From Mobula birostris (taxonomy: Eukaryota): a stretch of DNA of 64,000 bases. Both the position numbers and the translations under genes were made by a program. The stretch covers positions 42,660,613 to 42,724,612 of the forward strand of contig NC_092397.1 in NCBI RefSeq assembly GCF_030028105.1. Direction: 5' to 3'. Below the pieces are notes generated by a model. The model made no database searches and had not been told where the DNA came from. It was given only the letters and a program-made list of their open reading frames with translations. Within the stretch, counting starts at the first letter, position 1. Each line of letters starts with the position of its first letter. Of this stretch, positions 37,355-51,017 are shown piece by piece.

Positions 37355-39625
37355 ATTGTTCAAAGTTCAAATTAAAATTTATTCTCACAGTACATACCTG
37401 TCACCACAGACAACCCAGAGGTTCTTTTTCTGCGGACATTCTTAGCAAGTCTGTAGAACAGTAACTGTGAACTGTAAATATGAGGAACTATAAACTGTAA
37501 ACAAATTGTGTAAATGCAGAGAAATAAATAGCAATAAATAACAAGCATGAAATAACGATATAACAGTGGTGACATGAGTGTTTTGTTCAGGACACCGCTG
37601 GATTGAGGGGTAGTAACTGTTCTTGAACCTGGTGATGTGAGTCCTGAGGTACCTGTACCTTCTACCTGATGGCAGCAGTGAGAAAAGAGCATTGCCTGGG
37701 TGGTGAGGATCTTTGCTGATGGACACTGCTTTCCTACGGCGATGTTTCATGTCGATGTGCTCAGTGGTTGTGAGGGTTTTACCTGTGATATACTGGGCCG
37801 AATCCACTACCCTTTGTGGGATTTTCCACTCAAGGACATTGGTGTTCCTATACCAAGCCATAATGCAGCCAGTCAGCACATCTTCCACCACACATTTATA
37901 TAAGTTTGCCAAGGTTTTCAATGACATGCTGAACCTCTGCAGAGTCCTGAGGAAGTAGAAACGCTGTTGTGCTTCCTTCCCAATTATATTTATATGATGG
38001 GTCCAGGACAGATCCTCTGAGTGAGTGACACACAGGAATTTAAAGTTACTGACCCTCCCCACCTCTGATCATCCTTTGATTACTAGCTCATGGACCTTTG
38101 GCTTCTCCCTCCTAAAGTCTACAATCCGTCCCTTGGTCTCACTGACATTGAGTGAGGGGTCGTTGTTATTACACCACTCAGCGAAGTTTTCAATCTCCCT
38201 CCTGTTTGCTGATTCATCACCACCTTTGAATGTGGTGTAATCAGCAAACTTGTATATGGTGTTGGAGCTGTACTCAGCTACACAGTCATAGGTCGAAAGC
38301 AAGTAGAGCTGGGGGCTAAGCACACTTCCTTGTGGTGCTCCTGTGCTGGTAGAGATTGTGGAGAAGCTGTTTTTGCTTATCTGAACTGACTTGGATCTGA
38401 GGAAGTCCAGGATCCAATTGCACAAGGGGGTATTGAGGCACAGGTCTGAGAGCTTACTGATCAGTTTTGAGGGGATGACAGTGTTAAATGCTGAACTGTA
38501 ATCAATAAAGGGAATCCAGATGTTTGCATCTTTGCTGTCCAGATGTTCCAGTGTTGTGTGAAGAGACAACGAGACAGCATCTGCCGTTGCTTCGGTAGGT
38601 GAATTGGAGAGGATCCAAGTCACCATTCAGACAAGAGCTGATATGCTTCAACACCAGCCTCTCAAAACACTTCATCACTGTGGATGTAAGTGCCACTGGG
38701 CAATAGTCATTTAAACAGGTTACCACGCTCCTGTTGGGCACTGAAGCTTCCTTCAAGCAGGTGGGTACCACACACTGCCAGATCGAGAGGTTGAAGATAT
38801 CCGTGCATACACCAGCCAGCTGGTCAGCACAGGTCTTCAGTACTCGGCCAGCTACTCCATCCAGACCGGATGCTTTCCTTGGATTCACTCTCTTGAAGGC
38901 AGCCTGCACGTCATCTTCAGATACTGAGACCAAATGACCGTCGGGAGACACGGGGGTGCACGATGGTTCCTCCCTCTTCTAGTGGACAAAGTGAGCATAG
39001 AAGGCATTGAGCTCATCTGGAAGCGAAGCTCTGCTGTCCCCTTTGACCACAAGATTTCCCTTTGCAGGAGGTTCTGACATTCAAACCCTGCCGCGGCTGT
39101 CAAACATCTCTCTTTTATTCCAGTCTAGTCCGGAATCTCCACGTTGCTGAGAGATGGTTTCCGGAGATCATACCTGCACCTCGTGTAGCATTCCTGATCT
39201 CCAGACATGAATGCCTCTGGCCTGACACTCAGCAGGTTCCGGATCTCATTGCTCATCCAGGCCTACTGATTTGGGAAAACCCGGAATGATTTTGTGGGGA
39301 CACACGCCTCCACAGCTGTTTCAGTAAAGTCTGTAGTGACCCCGGTGTAGTCCTTCAGGTCCTGAGATGAGTTCTTGAACATGGCTCAGCCTGTTGACTC
39401 AAGGCAATCCTGTAACCGTTCCTCTGCCTCCCAACACCACCCCTCGGTTATCTTGATCTCTGAAGCCTTGTTCCTTTGGCTCTGTCTGTGTGCAGGTAGG
39501 ACCAGTACAGTCAAATGATCCAACTTAACGAATCGTGGTCTTGGGAGCAAACGATAGACATTCCTTATCGTAGTGTAGCAGTGGTCTCTTGTGTTGGGAC
39601 ATCTGGCACAACAGGTTACTACTTT
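37355..39625 (-). mobile_element. Rex1/Babar-clade LINE, 5'-truncated and degenerate
   Basis: PVALTSTVMKCFERL, LDPLQF, FIDYSSAFNT, TGAPQG, KFAD, AQQRFYFLR; tandem TTGAAC tail. Confidence 0.88.
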
Positions 39626-39649
39626 CAGATTCATTTTCTTTCAGGTATT

Positions 39650-40870
39650 TACAGGGAAATGAAGACAGTGGAATTTAGAAAACTATAAACAGCAAAGACT
39701 GACAGACAACGAATGTGCAAAAGAAGACAGATCATGCAATTACCAAAACATAAATATTACTGTGCAATTCAGTTATAAAATACTTGAAAGTGAGTCTGCA
39801 GGTTATGGAATCAGTTCAGTGAAGATACCTACACCATTTCAAGAGCATGACTGGTGTAGGGTAACAACTCTTCCTGTACCTGTTGGTGTGGGACCGAAGG
39901 CTCCTGTACGTCCTTCCCGATGGCAGCAGTGGAAGAGAGCATGAGGTGGCTGAAGGATGTTGTTGATGATGGATACAGCTTTCTTGTAGAAGTGCTGCTT
40001 GTAAATGTACTGAATGATGGGGAGGGCTTTGCCTGTGATAAACTGGATGCATCCACCAGCTAGAAACATGGAAAACCTACAGCACAATACAGGCCCTTTG
40101 GCCCACGATGCCGTGCCAAACCTGTACCTATTTTAGAAATTACCTGGCATTACCCATAGCCCTTTGTTTTTCTAAGCTCCATGTACCTATCCAGGAGTCT
40201 CTGAAAACACTCTATTGTATCCGCCTCCACTACCTTTGCCGGTAGCCTATTTCACGCACTCACCATGTCCTGTGTAAAAAAAAACTTACACCTGACATCT
40301 CCACAAAGATCTTGTAGACATTTTCCTTTCCATTCCTGATCATTGTGTTTCCATATCAGGCCGTGATGAAACCAGTCAGGTTGCTCTCCACTCTGCATCT
40401 ATATATGTCACAGTTTTAGGTGTCACGCTGATTACACGCATGTAGAGTCACTGCCACACCTTCTTTATAGTGACACTTACTGCTAGTCCCAGGACAGACC
40501 CTCTGAAATGATAATGCTCAGAAATTTAATGTTACTGACTCTCTCCACCTCCAGTCCCTGATGATGACTGGCTCATGGATCTCCGGTTTCCTGTCCCTGT
40601 GGTCAGTGATCAGCTCTTTGGTTTTGCTGATATTGAGTGAGAGGTTGTCGTTGTGGCACCATTCAACCAGATCGTCCATCTCCCTACCGAGGGCAAATTT
40701 GTCACCACCTTTGATTCATCCAACAACTGTGGTGTCATCTGCAAACTTAAATATGTCACTGGAGTTGCACATAGCCACACAATCACAGGTATAAAGTGCG
40801 CAGAGTAGAGGCCATGCACACAGCCTTGTGGTGCACCAGTGCTGATGGTGATTGTGGAGGAGATGTTGTT
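39650..40870 (-). mobile_element. Further Rex1-like fragments with a nested CR1 3' end (about 40060-40300)
   Basis: LLPSGRTYRSLRSHTNR; TISTGAPQGCV. Confidence 0.65.
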
Positions 40871-42038
40871 GACTTTGAATGCAAAGTCTTCACCGTGAAG
40901 GGAAATAGAAATTACAACTGAGGGAGAAGATTTCATTAAAATCAGCAAAATATAAGAATGAAAATTAGTTACTTTTTTTCACAGAAATGTGAAAACAGGG
41001 GGCCCACTTCTCCATGCTGACATTTGTCAGTCCACAAGGAGTATTGTGAGCAATGCTGGGCCCTTTATCCGAGGAATGATGTGTTTGTATCAGAGAGGGT
41101 CCAGAGCAGTTTGACGAGAATGACCCCGGGAATGAAAAGGTTAACATATTAGGAGCATTTGATGGCTCTGGGCCTGTACTTGCTGGAGTTCATAAGAATG
41201 AGGAGAGAGTGACATTATAACCACTTGAGTGAACGTGGAGTGGATGTTTCCTGTAGTGGGTTAGTCCAGCACCAGATGGCACACACTCAGAACAGAAAGA
41301 TGTCTCTTCAGAAAAGAGATAAGAAGACATTTCTTTAGCCAGAGGGTGATGTACAAGTTCACACCCTCCCTCCCCCACAATATCCCAGCTGTCAGATCTG
41401 TGTCCAATCACGTCACCTGTATCTACCCCTTTGTAGACTCCTCACCGCTCTTCACAACTCAGTTCCCATCAGTGTTTGTGATCAGCAAGTTCAGAGATCA
41501 CGGTTGGCTCTCATTTTCCCCAACCTCCTGCGATGCAGCGGCATATCAAACGTGTCCTGGACATCTCGGTTCAGTGCGTCCCTGGGTCCCTTTACCCACA
41601 GTTGGTGTTACTGCTCCAAACACTGGAATGTGTTTGTTAAACATAGAATCACTTTCACCAGACTCTGTTGACTTTGCCTGATGGTTTTGTAAGTTGGTAA
41701 AAATTTCCTGCTTTGTTACAGCTGCAAATGTTTTCCTGGTACAAGTGGTGAACACTCAGGTCTGGAGTTTCCTGTCTTCTGCTTTTGCTTCAGACTACAG
41801 AATCTGCAGTTTTTATTGTAATTTTTTACTTCTCTTCTATTTACTTATTTTTCTCCAATTTGGAGCAAAGGAGTTACACAAAGTGGTCTTCCCTACAGAC
41901 ACAGACTGGTTTTGAACCCTGTCGTTGTTTCCATCTCCTATCCTGTCTGGATTTTAGTCTCCGATATTCCAGCACTTGGGTCCTGACCATCCTCACCCAG
42001 GTCTGCCGTCACTGATGAAGTTTATTGATACGGTTCAT

Positions 42039-42577
42039 ATAGAAACATAGAAAATAGGTGCAGGAGTAGGCCATTCGGCCCTTCAAGCCTACACCGCCAT
42101 TTATTATGATCATGGCTGATCACCCAACTCAGAACCCCGCCCCAGCCTTCCCTCCATACCCCCTGATCCCCGTAGCCACAAGGGCCATATCTAACTCCCT
42201 CTTAAATATAGCCAATGAACTGGCCTCAACTGTTTCCTGTGGCAGAGAATTCCACAGATTCACCACTCTCTGTGTGAAGAAGTTTTTCCTAATCTCGGTC
42301 TTAAAAGGCTTCCCCTCTATCCTCAAACTGTGGCCTCTCGTTCTGGACTTCCCCAACATCGGGAACAATCTTCCTGCATCTAGCCTGTCCAATCCCTTTA
42401 GGATCTTATACGTTTCAATCAGATCCCCCCTCAATCTTCTAAATTCCAACGAGTACAAGCCCAGTTCATCCAGTCTTTCTTCATATGAAAGTCCTGCCAT
42501 CCCAGGAATCAATCTGGTGAACCTTCTTTGTACTCTCTCTATGGCAAGGATGTCTTTCCTCAGATTAGGGGACCAAA
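42039..42577 (-). mobile_element. Young 5'-truncated CR1 LINE 3' end
   Basis: Open frame FWSPNLRKDILAIERVQRRFTRL...FFTQRVVNLWNSLP, UTR hairpin and CTATGTTT-type tail. Confidence 0.88.
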
Positions 42578-42990
42578 AATATAGGCCACAGTCAGGCCAT
42601 TTGGCAAATTGGATCCAGAACTGGCTTTGCAATAGGAGACAGAGTGATGGCAGAGAGTAGTTTTGTGATCAGATGCTGGTGACAAGTGTTGTTCCACATG
42701 GATCTGTTCTGTGACCCTTGCTGTTTGTGATACAACTGAGTGATCTGGGAGTGGATGTAGGAACCATGAGCAGTAAATTCACACTGACTGTTGGATGATG
42801 GAGTTATTGCTGGTGTGGATGGTCATCTTTGGCTAAAGTGTGACATCGACGTGTTGATGAAATGAGCTGAGAGCAAAACAAGTAAATCAGTTTGTGTGAG
42901 AATTGGGATTTCCCATCAAACAACCCCAAAACTCCCACGGGGGAGATCAGAGGGATAATGTGTGTCAACACAACAGTGTAATGAAGAGAA

Positions 42991-43339
42991 AGCGACAGCC
43001 CTTTCCTCTTCCAGGTTCGTGACTCTTAAAAGAGCCTTTTGTTGTGTTTGCTGCCGAGGCCAGGCTGAGGCTCGCATCGTGTGGATGCGGGAAGCCAAAT
43101 GAATATCTTTGGGCACAAGGGTGACTCGCTTGGGGTGGATGGTGCAAAGAGCCCAACCAGGTAAACCTCGTTAATCTCCTCCAGGCCTTTGATGGCTGAG
43201 CTCTGGAAGCATAGATCGGTTTTGAAGTTCTGCCTGATCTTCTGCACCAGATGCTGGAAGGGAAGTTTGCGGATGAGGAGCTCGGTGGATTTCTAGTAGC
43301 ATTGGTTCCTCCTCAGAGTCACGGTGATGGGTCGATAGC
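42991..43339 (-). pseudogene. H3: Histone H3 pseudogene (about codons 40-135 plus mutated stem-loop and downstream element)
   Basis: [39 protein letters not shown] with stops and indels; GGCTCTTTTAAGAGTC 43036-43021. Confidence 0.92.
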
Positions 43340-43590
43340 TCCCCAAGCATACCCACACAGACACCCAGGGATATTCAGTGCTCCTTTACATTTATCAATT
43401 ATTTACAGAGTCACGGTGATGGGTCGATAGCTCCCCAAGCATACCCACACAGACACCCAGGGATATTCAGTGCTCCTTTACATTTATCAATTATTTACAG
43501 AGTCATGGTGATGGGTCGATAGCTCCCCAAGCATACCCACACAGACACCCATGGATATTCAGTGCTCCTTTACAGTTATCAATTATTTTA
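43314..43590. repeat. 92-bp tandem repeat, 3 copies
   Basis: Units start at 43314, 43406 and 43498 and are nearly identical. Confidence 0.95.
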
Positions 43591-43599
43591 CTGATATGG

Positions 43600-46500
43600 T
43601 GCTTCCATGTTGGCTTATAATCCAGCCACATGCCATCAGATCTTACCATTAACACTTATTCAAGAGTTTGACCATATAATTTCAAATTAATTGCTATTGA
43701 GAATGATATGGATCAATAAAGAGGTCTATTGATTATCTTTGTAAAACACAAAATGTATTTTAGCTACTGAAAGCTTAAAACCCTCTCGATATTCCCACTG
43801 TTTGACCTTATTAATCACGAATCACATTCTATACACAATTGGATTGAATTTTATACCTCTGATCCATAAATCTGCACCATCTGCAAAAAGTCATTTCCCC
43901 ACCCCAGTACCTATCTCAGAAAAAATATCATTGGTCATAATATTAAACAATAAAGGGCTACAAATACCGTCTTATGGGGTCCCATTCTCCAACACATAGA
44001 AGCCCAATATACCTTACGCATCTTTAACTGCCTGGAGCATACAAATAAAAAACTCAGAAAAAAATAATGTAGCCTTCTTCTCTCTCCACATTTCTATAAT
44101 TTAATCCTTTCATAATATATATGTTTCTTTTCAATACAAAAATACTGCAATTACAACTTCTTTATTTACCTGTGCTTTCCCAATATCATCTTCCAAACAT
44201 AAAACTGAATCCAATGTCATTCTACACTTCCAAAATCCACGCTGATAAAATGCTCCATCACCTCTCTTTTCCAAAATATAATTCAACAACTCTATTACCA
44301 TACGTTCCGTAAGTTTACCGAAATGAGATGGGATGTTATTGATATTGGTCTATAATTAGAAGGATCCTGTGGGGATTTCCAGTTTTCAGAACAGGCACTA
44401 CCATTTTCTATGAGGAGGAAATATGGTCTAAACTCCGAATATGATTCCAAATTGTTAATATTATCTCAAGAGTTGTAAGCTATATGTTTAAACATACAAT
44501 AACATATATCATCCTTTCCTACAGCCATCTGACTTGCACTGTTAATAGCTTTCTTACATTCACACAAATAAACTCTACATAACTAATACTATCATTGTTA
44601 CAGCTGGCTTTCAACACATCAGTGTATTCACTTAAAACCTCATCTCGACATCATTTAGGCTCTTCACTTAAATTATCTTGATTGTGACTTGCAGCAAATG
44701 ACCAAGCCAGTAACTCAACCTTCTCTATTTCAGTAGAGGGGGTACATTCAGATTGGAGGATTGTGACTAGTGGTGTCCCACAAGGATCTGTTCTGGGACC
44801 TCTACTTTTCCTGATGTTTATTGACGACCTGGATGTGGGGGTAGAAGGGTGGGTTGGCAAGTTTGCAGATGACACAAATGTTGGTGGTGTAGTAGATAGT
44901 GTAGAGGATTGTCAAAGATTGCAGAGAGACATTGGCAGGATGCAGAAGTGGGCTGAGAAGTGGCAGATGGAGTTCAACCCTGAGAAGTGTGAGGTGGTAC
45001 ACTTTGGAAGGACAAACTCCAAGGCAGAGTACAAAGTAAATGCCAGGATGCATGGTAGCGTGGAGGAGCAGAGGGATCTGGGGGTACATATCCACAGATT
45101 CCCTGAAAGTTGCCTCACAGGTGGATAGGGTAGTTAAGAAAGCATATGGGGTGTTAGCTTTCATAAGTCCAGGGATAGAGTTTAAGAGTCACGATGTAAT
45201 GATGCAGCTCTATATAACACTGGTTAGGCCACACTTGGAGTACTGTGTCCAGTTCTGGTTGCCTCACTGTAGGAAGGATGTGGAAGCATTGTAAAGGGTA
45301 CAGAGGAGATTTACAAGGATGCTGCCTCGTTTAGAGAGTATGCATTATGATCAGAGATTAAGGGAGCTAGGGCTTTACTCTTTGGAGAGAAGGAGGATGA
45401 GAGGAGACATGATAGAGGTGTACAAGATAATAAGAGGAATAGATTGAGTGGACAGCCAGCGCCTCTTCCCCAGGGCACCACTGCTCAATACAAGAGGACA
45501 TAGCTTTAAGGTAAGCGGTTGGAAGTTCAAGGGGGATATTAGAGGAAGGCTTTTTTTTTACTCAGAGAGTGGGTGGTGCATGGAATGCACTGCCTGAGTC
45601 AGTGGTGGAGGCAGATACACTAGTGAAGTTTAAGAGACTACTAGACAAGCATATGGAGGAATTTAAGGTGGGGGCTTATATGGGAGGCAGGGTTTGAAGG
45701 TCGGCACAACTTTGTGTGCCGAAGGGCCCGTACTGTGCTGTACTGTTCTATGTTCTCTGTTCTAACAATCACCTTCTTTAATCAATACTGGAATCTTATT
45801 AACCCGATGAACCCCACCCCCCGATTTTTTGAATCATTCCCCAAACATCTCCAAGTTTAGTAGCCTGTCCAGTACTATCACAAGATGACCTCCAGTAAAC
45901 CTCTTTCACAACCTGCACCACTTTTCTCACCACAGCTTGTGCCCTTTCATACTTAATAAGGTCACTCACGGAATGATAATTCAAACTCTCGCAAACACCT
46001 TATTTCTCTCCCTAATTCGCTCCGCACACTCCTCCACCCAGCATGGTGCAGTCTTCCTCCTATTAATGTCATTTTTAACAGCTGGCACTTCCACCGTGGT
46101 TTGTTGAATAATGTGACATCATCATTCATTGCAGAAACCCCTATCAGCCTCAACATTCTCCCAGTTTGCTTCATCAAAATTCCACCTCCTAAAAACAGTC
46201 TCCTGCCCCCATATAACTCCAAACCCAAGCTTATAAATATAGAAAAATGATCACTCCCCATTGTCTCCTCACTCATAACATCTCATTCAGTCTCTCCAGC
46301 CAGAATGTTTGAAACTGGAGTTAAATTTACAGCAGTTTTCAGACGATTAGAAACATTATATTTTATACCCCTCCCATCATTGAAGCACACAAGATTAGAA
46401 ATACCTAAACATTCTTCTACAATCAAACAGTTCCATGAATGACCCCACAGTGAACTGTGCACAAAAATCCCCACACCATACTTAGTGAGCTAGAGTGACA

Positions 46501-47050
46501 TATGCTTTCCAACAAAGCAATCAAAAGCTCTCCACAAGTTTTACCACTTTAGTACCCCTACCTGTTGAATCAAATGCTCCTGCTACAAACACCTCATACA
46601 CTTCATTCACATCCACAACTCTGTGTTATATCCCTTCCCATGTTAAACATGCAACAGCACCCCCTCTATCACCTAACCTATCACGCCGTATTACAATATA
46701 ATTTCCTGTAAGGAAATGCGGTAACAGCCCGGTTTCATATTGGGCAGATTTGATGAATCAGAAATAAACTTTCTAATGTCTTGACCATCGAATTTCTCTC
46801 ATTCCACTGCAATATTCTTAATCCCATTCTGTACCTGCACAAAGAGACTGAAATACAGATACCCCACCCATCAGAGCTTCTTTTACAGTTTCCCACATAA
46901 CACCAGTTATACCTAGATACCTTTCAGCAGCTTTCACAATAATTTTAAATTTTCTCAGTATGTCTAGATGACTGAACAGTACAATTCACCACATCCTTTA
47001 TAAACATCACAAACTTCATTTTATTGACTAGTAAAGTATCTTTAGTAATG
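43600..47050 (-). mobile_element. Degenerate I/Nimb-like LINE, same family as 17690-19495
   Basis: 44325-44733 and 45763-46770 align with 17860-19470; GSDHFSI, RAQAVVRKVV. Confidence 0.65.
44734..45762 (+). mobile_element. CR1 LINE 3' portion nested in the I-like LINE
   Basis: SGVPQGSVLGPLLF, FADD, LVRPHLEYCVQFW; tail tgttctatgttctctgttct. Confidence 0.9.
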
Positions 47051-47214
47051 GACCTGTGATGTGACACATAGCCGCTGACTTCATATTCTATCTGACTGGT
47101 TATACTTGATCAACATTTGGTTTAACATTGTTGCAAGGCCTCTGTTTAAGACACACCTAACTGTACTTTAACCTGTTCAACCAGCTGCTTTCTTAAGTAC
47201 TGTACTTCACATCC

Positions 47215-47790
47215 TTGTAACATGGTGTGAGCTGAATTATCTGCAGTTTAATGTGAAAAAGACAAAGGAGCTGGTGGTAGACCTGAGGAGAGCTAAGGTA
47301 CCGGAGACCCCTATTTCCATCCAGGGGGTCAGTGTGGACATGGTGGAGGATTACAAATACCTAGGGATACAAATTGACAATAAACTGGACTGGTCAAAGA
47401 ACACTGAGGCTGTCTACAAGAAGGGACGGAGTCATCTCTATTTCCTAAGGAGACTGAGGTCCTTTAACATCTGCCGGACGATGTTCTATGAGTCTGTGGT
47501 GGCCAGTGCTATCATGTTTGCTGTTGTGTGCTGGGGCAGCAGGCTGAGGGTAGCAGACACCAACAGAATCAACAAACTCATTTGTAAGGCCAGTGATGTT
47601 GTGGGGATGGAACTGGACTCTCTCATGGTGGTGTCTGAAAAGAGGATGCTGTCTAAGTTGCATGCCATCTTGGTCAATGTCTCCCATCCACAACATAACG
47701 TACTGGGTGGGCACAGGAGTACATTCTGCCAGAGACTCATTCCACCGAGATGCAGCACGGAGCGTCATAGGAAGTCATTCCAGCCTGTGG
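47215..47790 (+). mobile_element. Rex1-like LINE C-terminal fragment
   Basis: KTKELVVD...YKYLG...LYFLRRLRSF. Confidence 0.85.
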
Positions 47791-48039
47791 CAGCATTCCT
47801 CCAGCATTTTGTGTATTGCTGCAGTTAATTTAATGGGATTGATAAAAGAAAGCTGTTCCGAGTAAAAACTAAACAATACCTTGAGGTTTTCTTTCTTTTT
47901 TTTTCAGTATCCTCTCAAATCTCTTGAAAACATTCCAATATTGTGTTCCTTTTTCCGTTTTGCAGATCTAGATCCAACTCCAATCCAACCTCTTACCGCA
48001 CTCACCCAAACCCTTTATTCCCAGTTCCTTTTCCAGGCA

Positions 48040-48230
48040 CTCTTCGCCCGCCCCCCCGACCTGAACTTACTTTATTTCCCATCATCCCCGCACATTCACA
48101 TCCAGAGCCACCAACCGCTACTGCTCCTGAGCCAATCAGCAACTCGCACCGTTTTCATGTATTTTGCTGTCAATCAGGTCTAGGGGCGGAGCAACGAACC
48201 GAATGCTCACGTGTTGTAATGACGTCACAA
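48040..48230. promoter_or_regulatory. Pol II promoter-like motif cluster
   Basis: CCAAT 48132-48136, GGGGCGGAG 48183-48191, CACGTG 48208-48213, TGACGTCA 48220-48227. Confidence 0.45.
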
Positions 48231-48657
48231 AACTCAATCGTACCTTCCCCCCAAGTTCATCTTCTGAGCAACTTTTCAGAGGGTCCAGTGTTGCGAGAGG
48301 GGCAGGGTGGCTTTAAACCCGGCATGACACATTCCATGGCATCGTTCTCTCCAAAGTGTTTCAGCTGTTCCTTTGCTTGTCTTCTCCACACAGTCAACCA
48401 GAGAAACTGAGAGAGTCACACGAGTGCTGGGAAAGTGCGGGAGTTCATATCTCACAGCAGCAGCCCCTGTTTAATGTTTAGGAGTGACCCATTCGGTCAT
48501 TGAGTCAAACGGCCTTGAGATACAGACGTCGTGAGGGAAAAGTGAAAACAAAATGATGAACGTCCCTTGTTCTCGGGAAACTCTCCAGTTTTGGGCTATT
48601 TGCACACTGGATTGTCCCATATTATAATCCCGTCTTCATTTGAAGCAGGTAAACGGT

Positions 48658-48729
48658 CTCCTCGTTGACGAAATGAACCTCGGTCTCCCGCGTGACAGGC
48701 GGGGATACTAACCACTGAACTAGCGAGGA
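48658..48729 (-). pseudogene. tRNA-Asp(GTC) probable pseudogene
   Basis: TCCTCGCTAGTTCAGTGGTTAGTATCCCCGCCTGTCACGCGGGAGACCGAGGTTCATTTCGTCAACGAGGAG; anticodon arm intact, T-arm and B box damaged. Confidence 0.85.
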
Positions 48730-49236
48730 GTAAACAAGAATATGGAATCTGTCACACGGATGTCAGTGTGCAGGAGAACTCATAGAGTCACTCTGATGTC
48801 TGTTTGCTGAGTGTAGAGCTGGCGCATTTTACCCTCCCCTCCTCACTGTGTGACTGGACGGGTCTCAGAATTCTTCAGCGATTCAGTCACTTACTGTGTT
48901 CAAGGACTGGGCAAAGGAGGGGATCCCATTAACATCTAACTGCGTGTTGTTTGAACGGGTATTTATAATCAGAATTTGTTTCCCTTTTACTGATACGTGA
49001 AGCAGGAAACCATGTGTAGCCCTTCGAATCTCTCGGGTCGATTCTCCCTTCAGTCGGATCCCAGGTGCTGTGTTTCTCCGGTCTGTCGGAACGTCGCGAC
49101 ATCCGCTGGTCGGAATAGGAACTGCAACAGAGGGAGGAATGATCCTTCAGAAAACAGCTCAGACACTGAGAATCGAGTTACAGAATCTGATAGCACCAGA
49201 GACCATTCAGTAACCGAATCTGGTTTGCATCATGGG

Positions 49237-49308
49237 GAGATGGTGTAACAGTGGTGAGCATAGCTGCTTCCCAAGCAGTTGACACGGTTTCCATTCCCGG
49301 CCATTGCA
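49237..49308 (+). pseudogene. tRNA-Gly pseudogene (Gly-TCC body, anticodon CCC)
   Basis: AGTGGTGAGCATAGCTGCTTCCCAAGCAGTTGAC...; B box and acceptor stem damaged. Confidence 0.85.
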
Positions 49309-50134
49309 GGTTGTACACTTTCAGGCTAAAAAAAATCCCTCGCCGAGCGCCATGAACGCAGAACTCTAATTCCTGAGCAATTTGTTCTGACCGAAATTCA
49401 CTCAAGTGGATCTGATGAATTCCTCATGTACGATGGTGCTGGTCCCTCATGTAGGATCTTCAAGGACCCCAAACTGAATGAAAAACACATATTAGATCCG
49501 GGAGTCCGTTAGTTCCACGGACTCCGCTGTAGGAAACACACACTTTCTGGTCAAATCGAACATACATTTTCCTAACCAAAGACATGACCTGCCCCAGATA
49601 TTCTCTCGTTCCCTCTTTCATCCGGCAGAAAGTACAAAAGCTGGAAAGCACGCGTCACAGTCTCAGGGATAGTTTCAGTCCCACTGTTGTGTCTATTGAA
49701 TGGTTTCCCGTAAGGTAGAATGGACGTTTGACCTCCCAATCCACCTCGGTACGAAGCTGCACCTTATTATTTACCTGCGCCGTGCTTTCTCTGTCGCTGT
49801 TACACTTTATTCTGCATTTTGTTATTGCTTCACCTTGTTCTCTCCCAATACACTGTGTAATGGTTTGATCTCTATGAACAGTGAGAATGAGAAGCGTTTC
49901 ACCGTATTTCGGTCTATGTGACTGAAACATGTAGAATAGATTCAATTCCCCCTGAGCCCGTTGCGGCAGCAGTAGGGAGCGCCGGCCTCCGGACAGCGCA
50001 GGGTTTCCCAGCTGGTAATGAAACGTAGCAGAAAAAAAAACTGAGATCACAGAGAGGGAGCAGTGAGAGAGGGTTTCACTGAACTCCCGTGGAAGGGAAG
50101 ATTCAAACTTCTTCAGAGTACGCAGCCCTATTGA

Positions 50135-50780
50135 CATCAATGGATCTGGGGTTGAGAGGGTGAAAATTCCTCGGCATACACATCAGCGAGGATCTCACGA
50201 CGTCTGTAAATACCGGCTGCGTGGTGAAAAAGGCACAGCAGCGCCTCTTTCACCCCAGACGGTTGAAGACATTTGGTATGGGTCCCCAAATCCTAAGGAC
50301 TTTCTACAGGCACAGAATTGAGAGCACCCTGACTGGCTGCATCTCTGCCTGGTATGGGAACTGTACCTCCCTCAATCGCAGGACTCTGCAGAGAGTGGTG
50401 CGGACAACCCAGCGCATCTGTAGAAGTGAACTTCCCACTATTCAGGACGTTTACAGAGACAGGTTTGTAAAACTGATCCGAAGGATCGTTGAGGACCCGA
50501 GTGACCCGAATCTCAAACTGTTCCTGCTGGGAAACAGTACCGCAGCATGAAAGCCGGGACCAACAGGCTCCGGGACAGCTTCTTCCACCAGGCCATCAGA
50601 CTGATTAATTCAAGCTGATACAATCGTATTTCTGTCATATTGACTGTAATAAATATAGTAATATCTATTATATATTTACTATAAATTGCACATTGCACAT
50701 TTAAACGGAGACGGAACGTAAAGATTTTTACTCCTCATGTATGTGAAGGACGTAATTAATAAAGTCAATTCAACTCAATC
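50135..50780 (+). mobile_element. Rex1-like LINE 3' end
   Basis: KKAQQRLF...IESTLTGCISAWYGN; AATAAA and (CAATT)n tail. Confidence 0.8.
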
Positions 50781-50826
50781 CAATTCCATGGAAGAGACTT
50801 AGTCGTGCACTAGTCGAATCACAAAC

Positions 50827-50981
50827 GAGAAAATGTGCAGCAGATGCTGGAAATCCAAGCAACACACACAAAATGCTAGAGGAACTCAGCAGGCCAGTCT
50901 GCTTCATAATCCTGAAGAAGAGTTTCGGCCTGACACATCGACTGTGTACTTTATTCCAGAGATGCTGCTGCACATTTTCTC
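50827..50981. mobile_element. Penelope-derived mini element with 17-bp inverted termini
   Basis: GAGAAAATGTGCAGCAG / CTGCTGCACATTTTCTC around a decayed hammerhead. Confidence 0.6.
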
Positions 50982-51017
50982 CTTTACAAGAGAGAAAAAA
51001 AACTACCGGAATACTAG

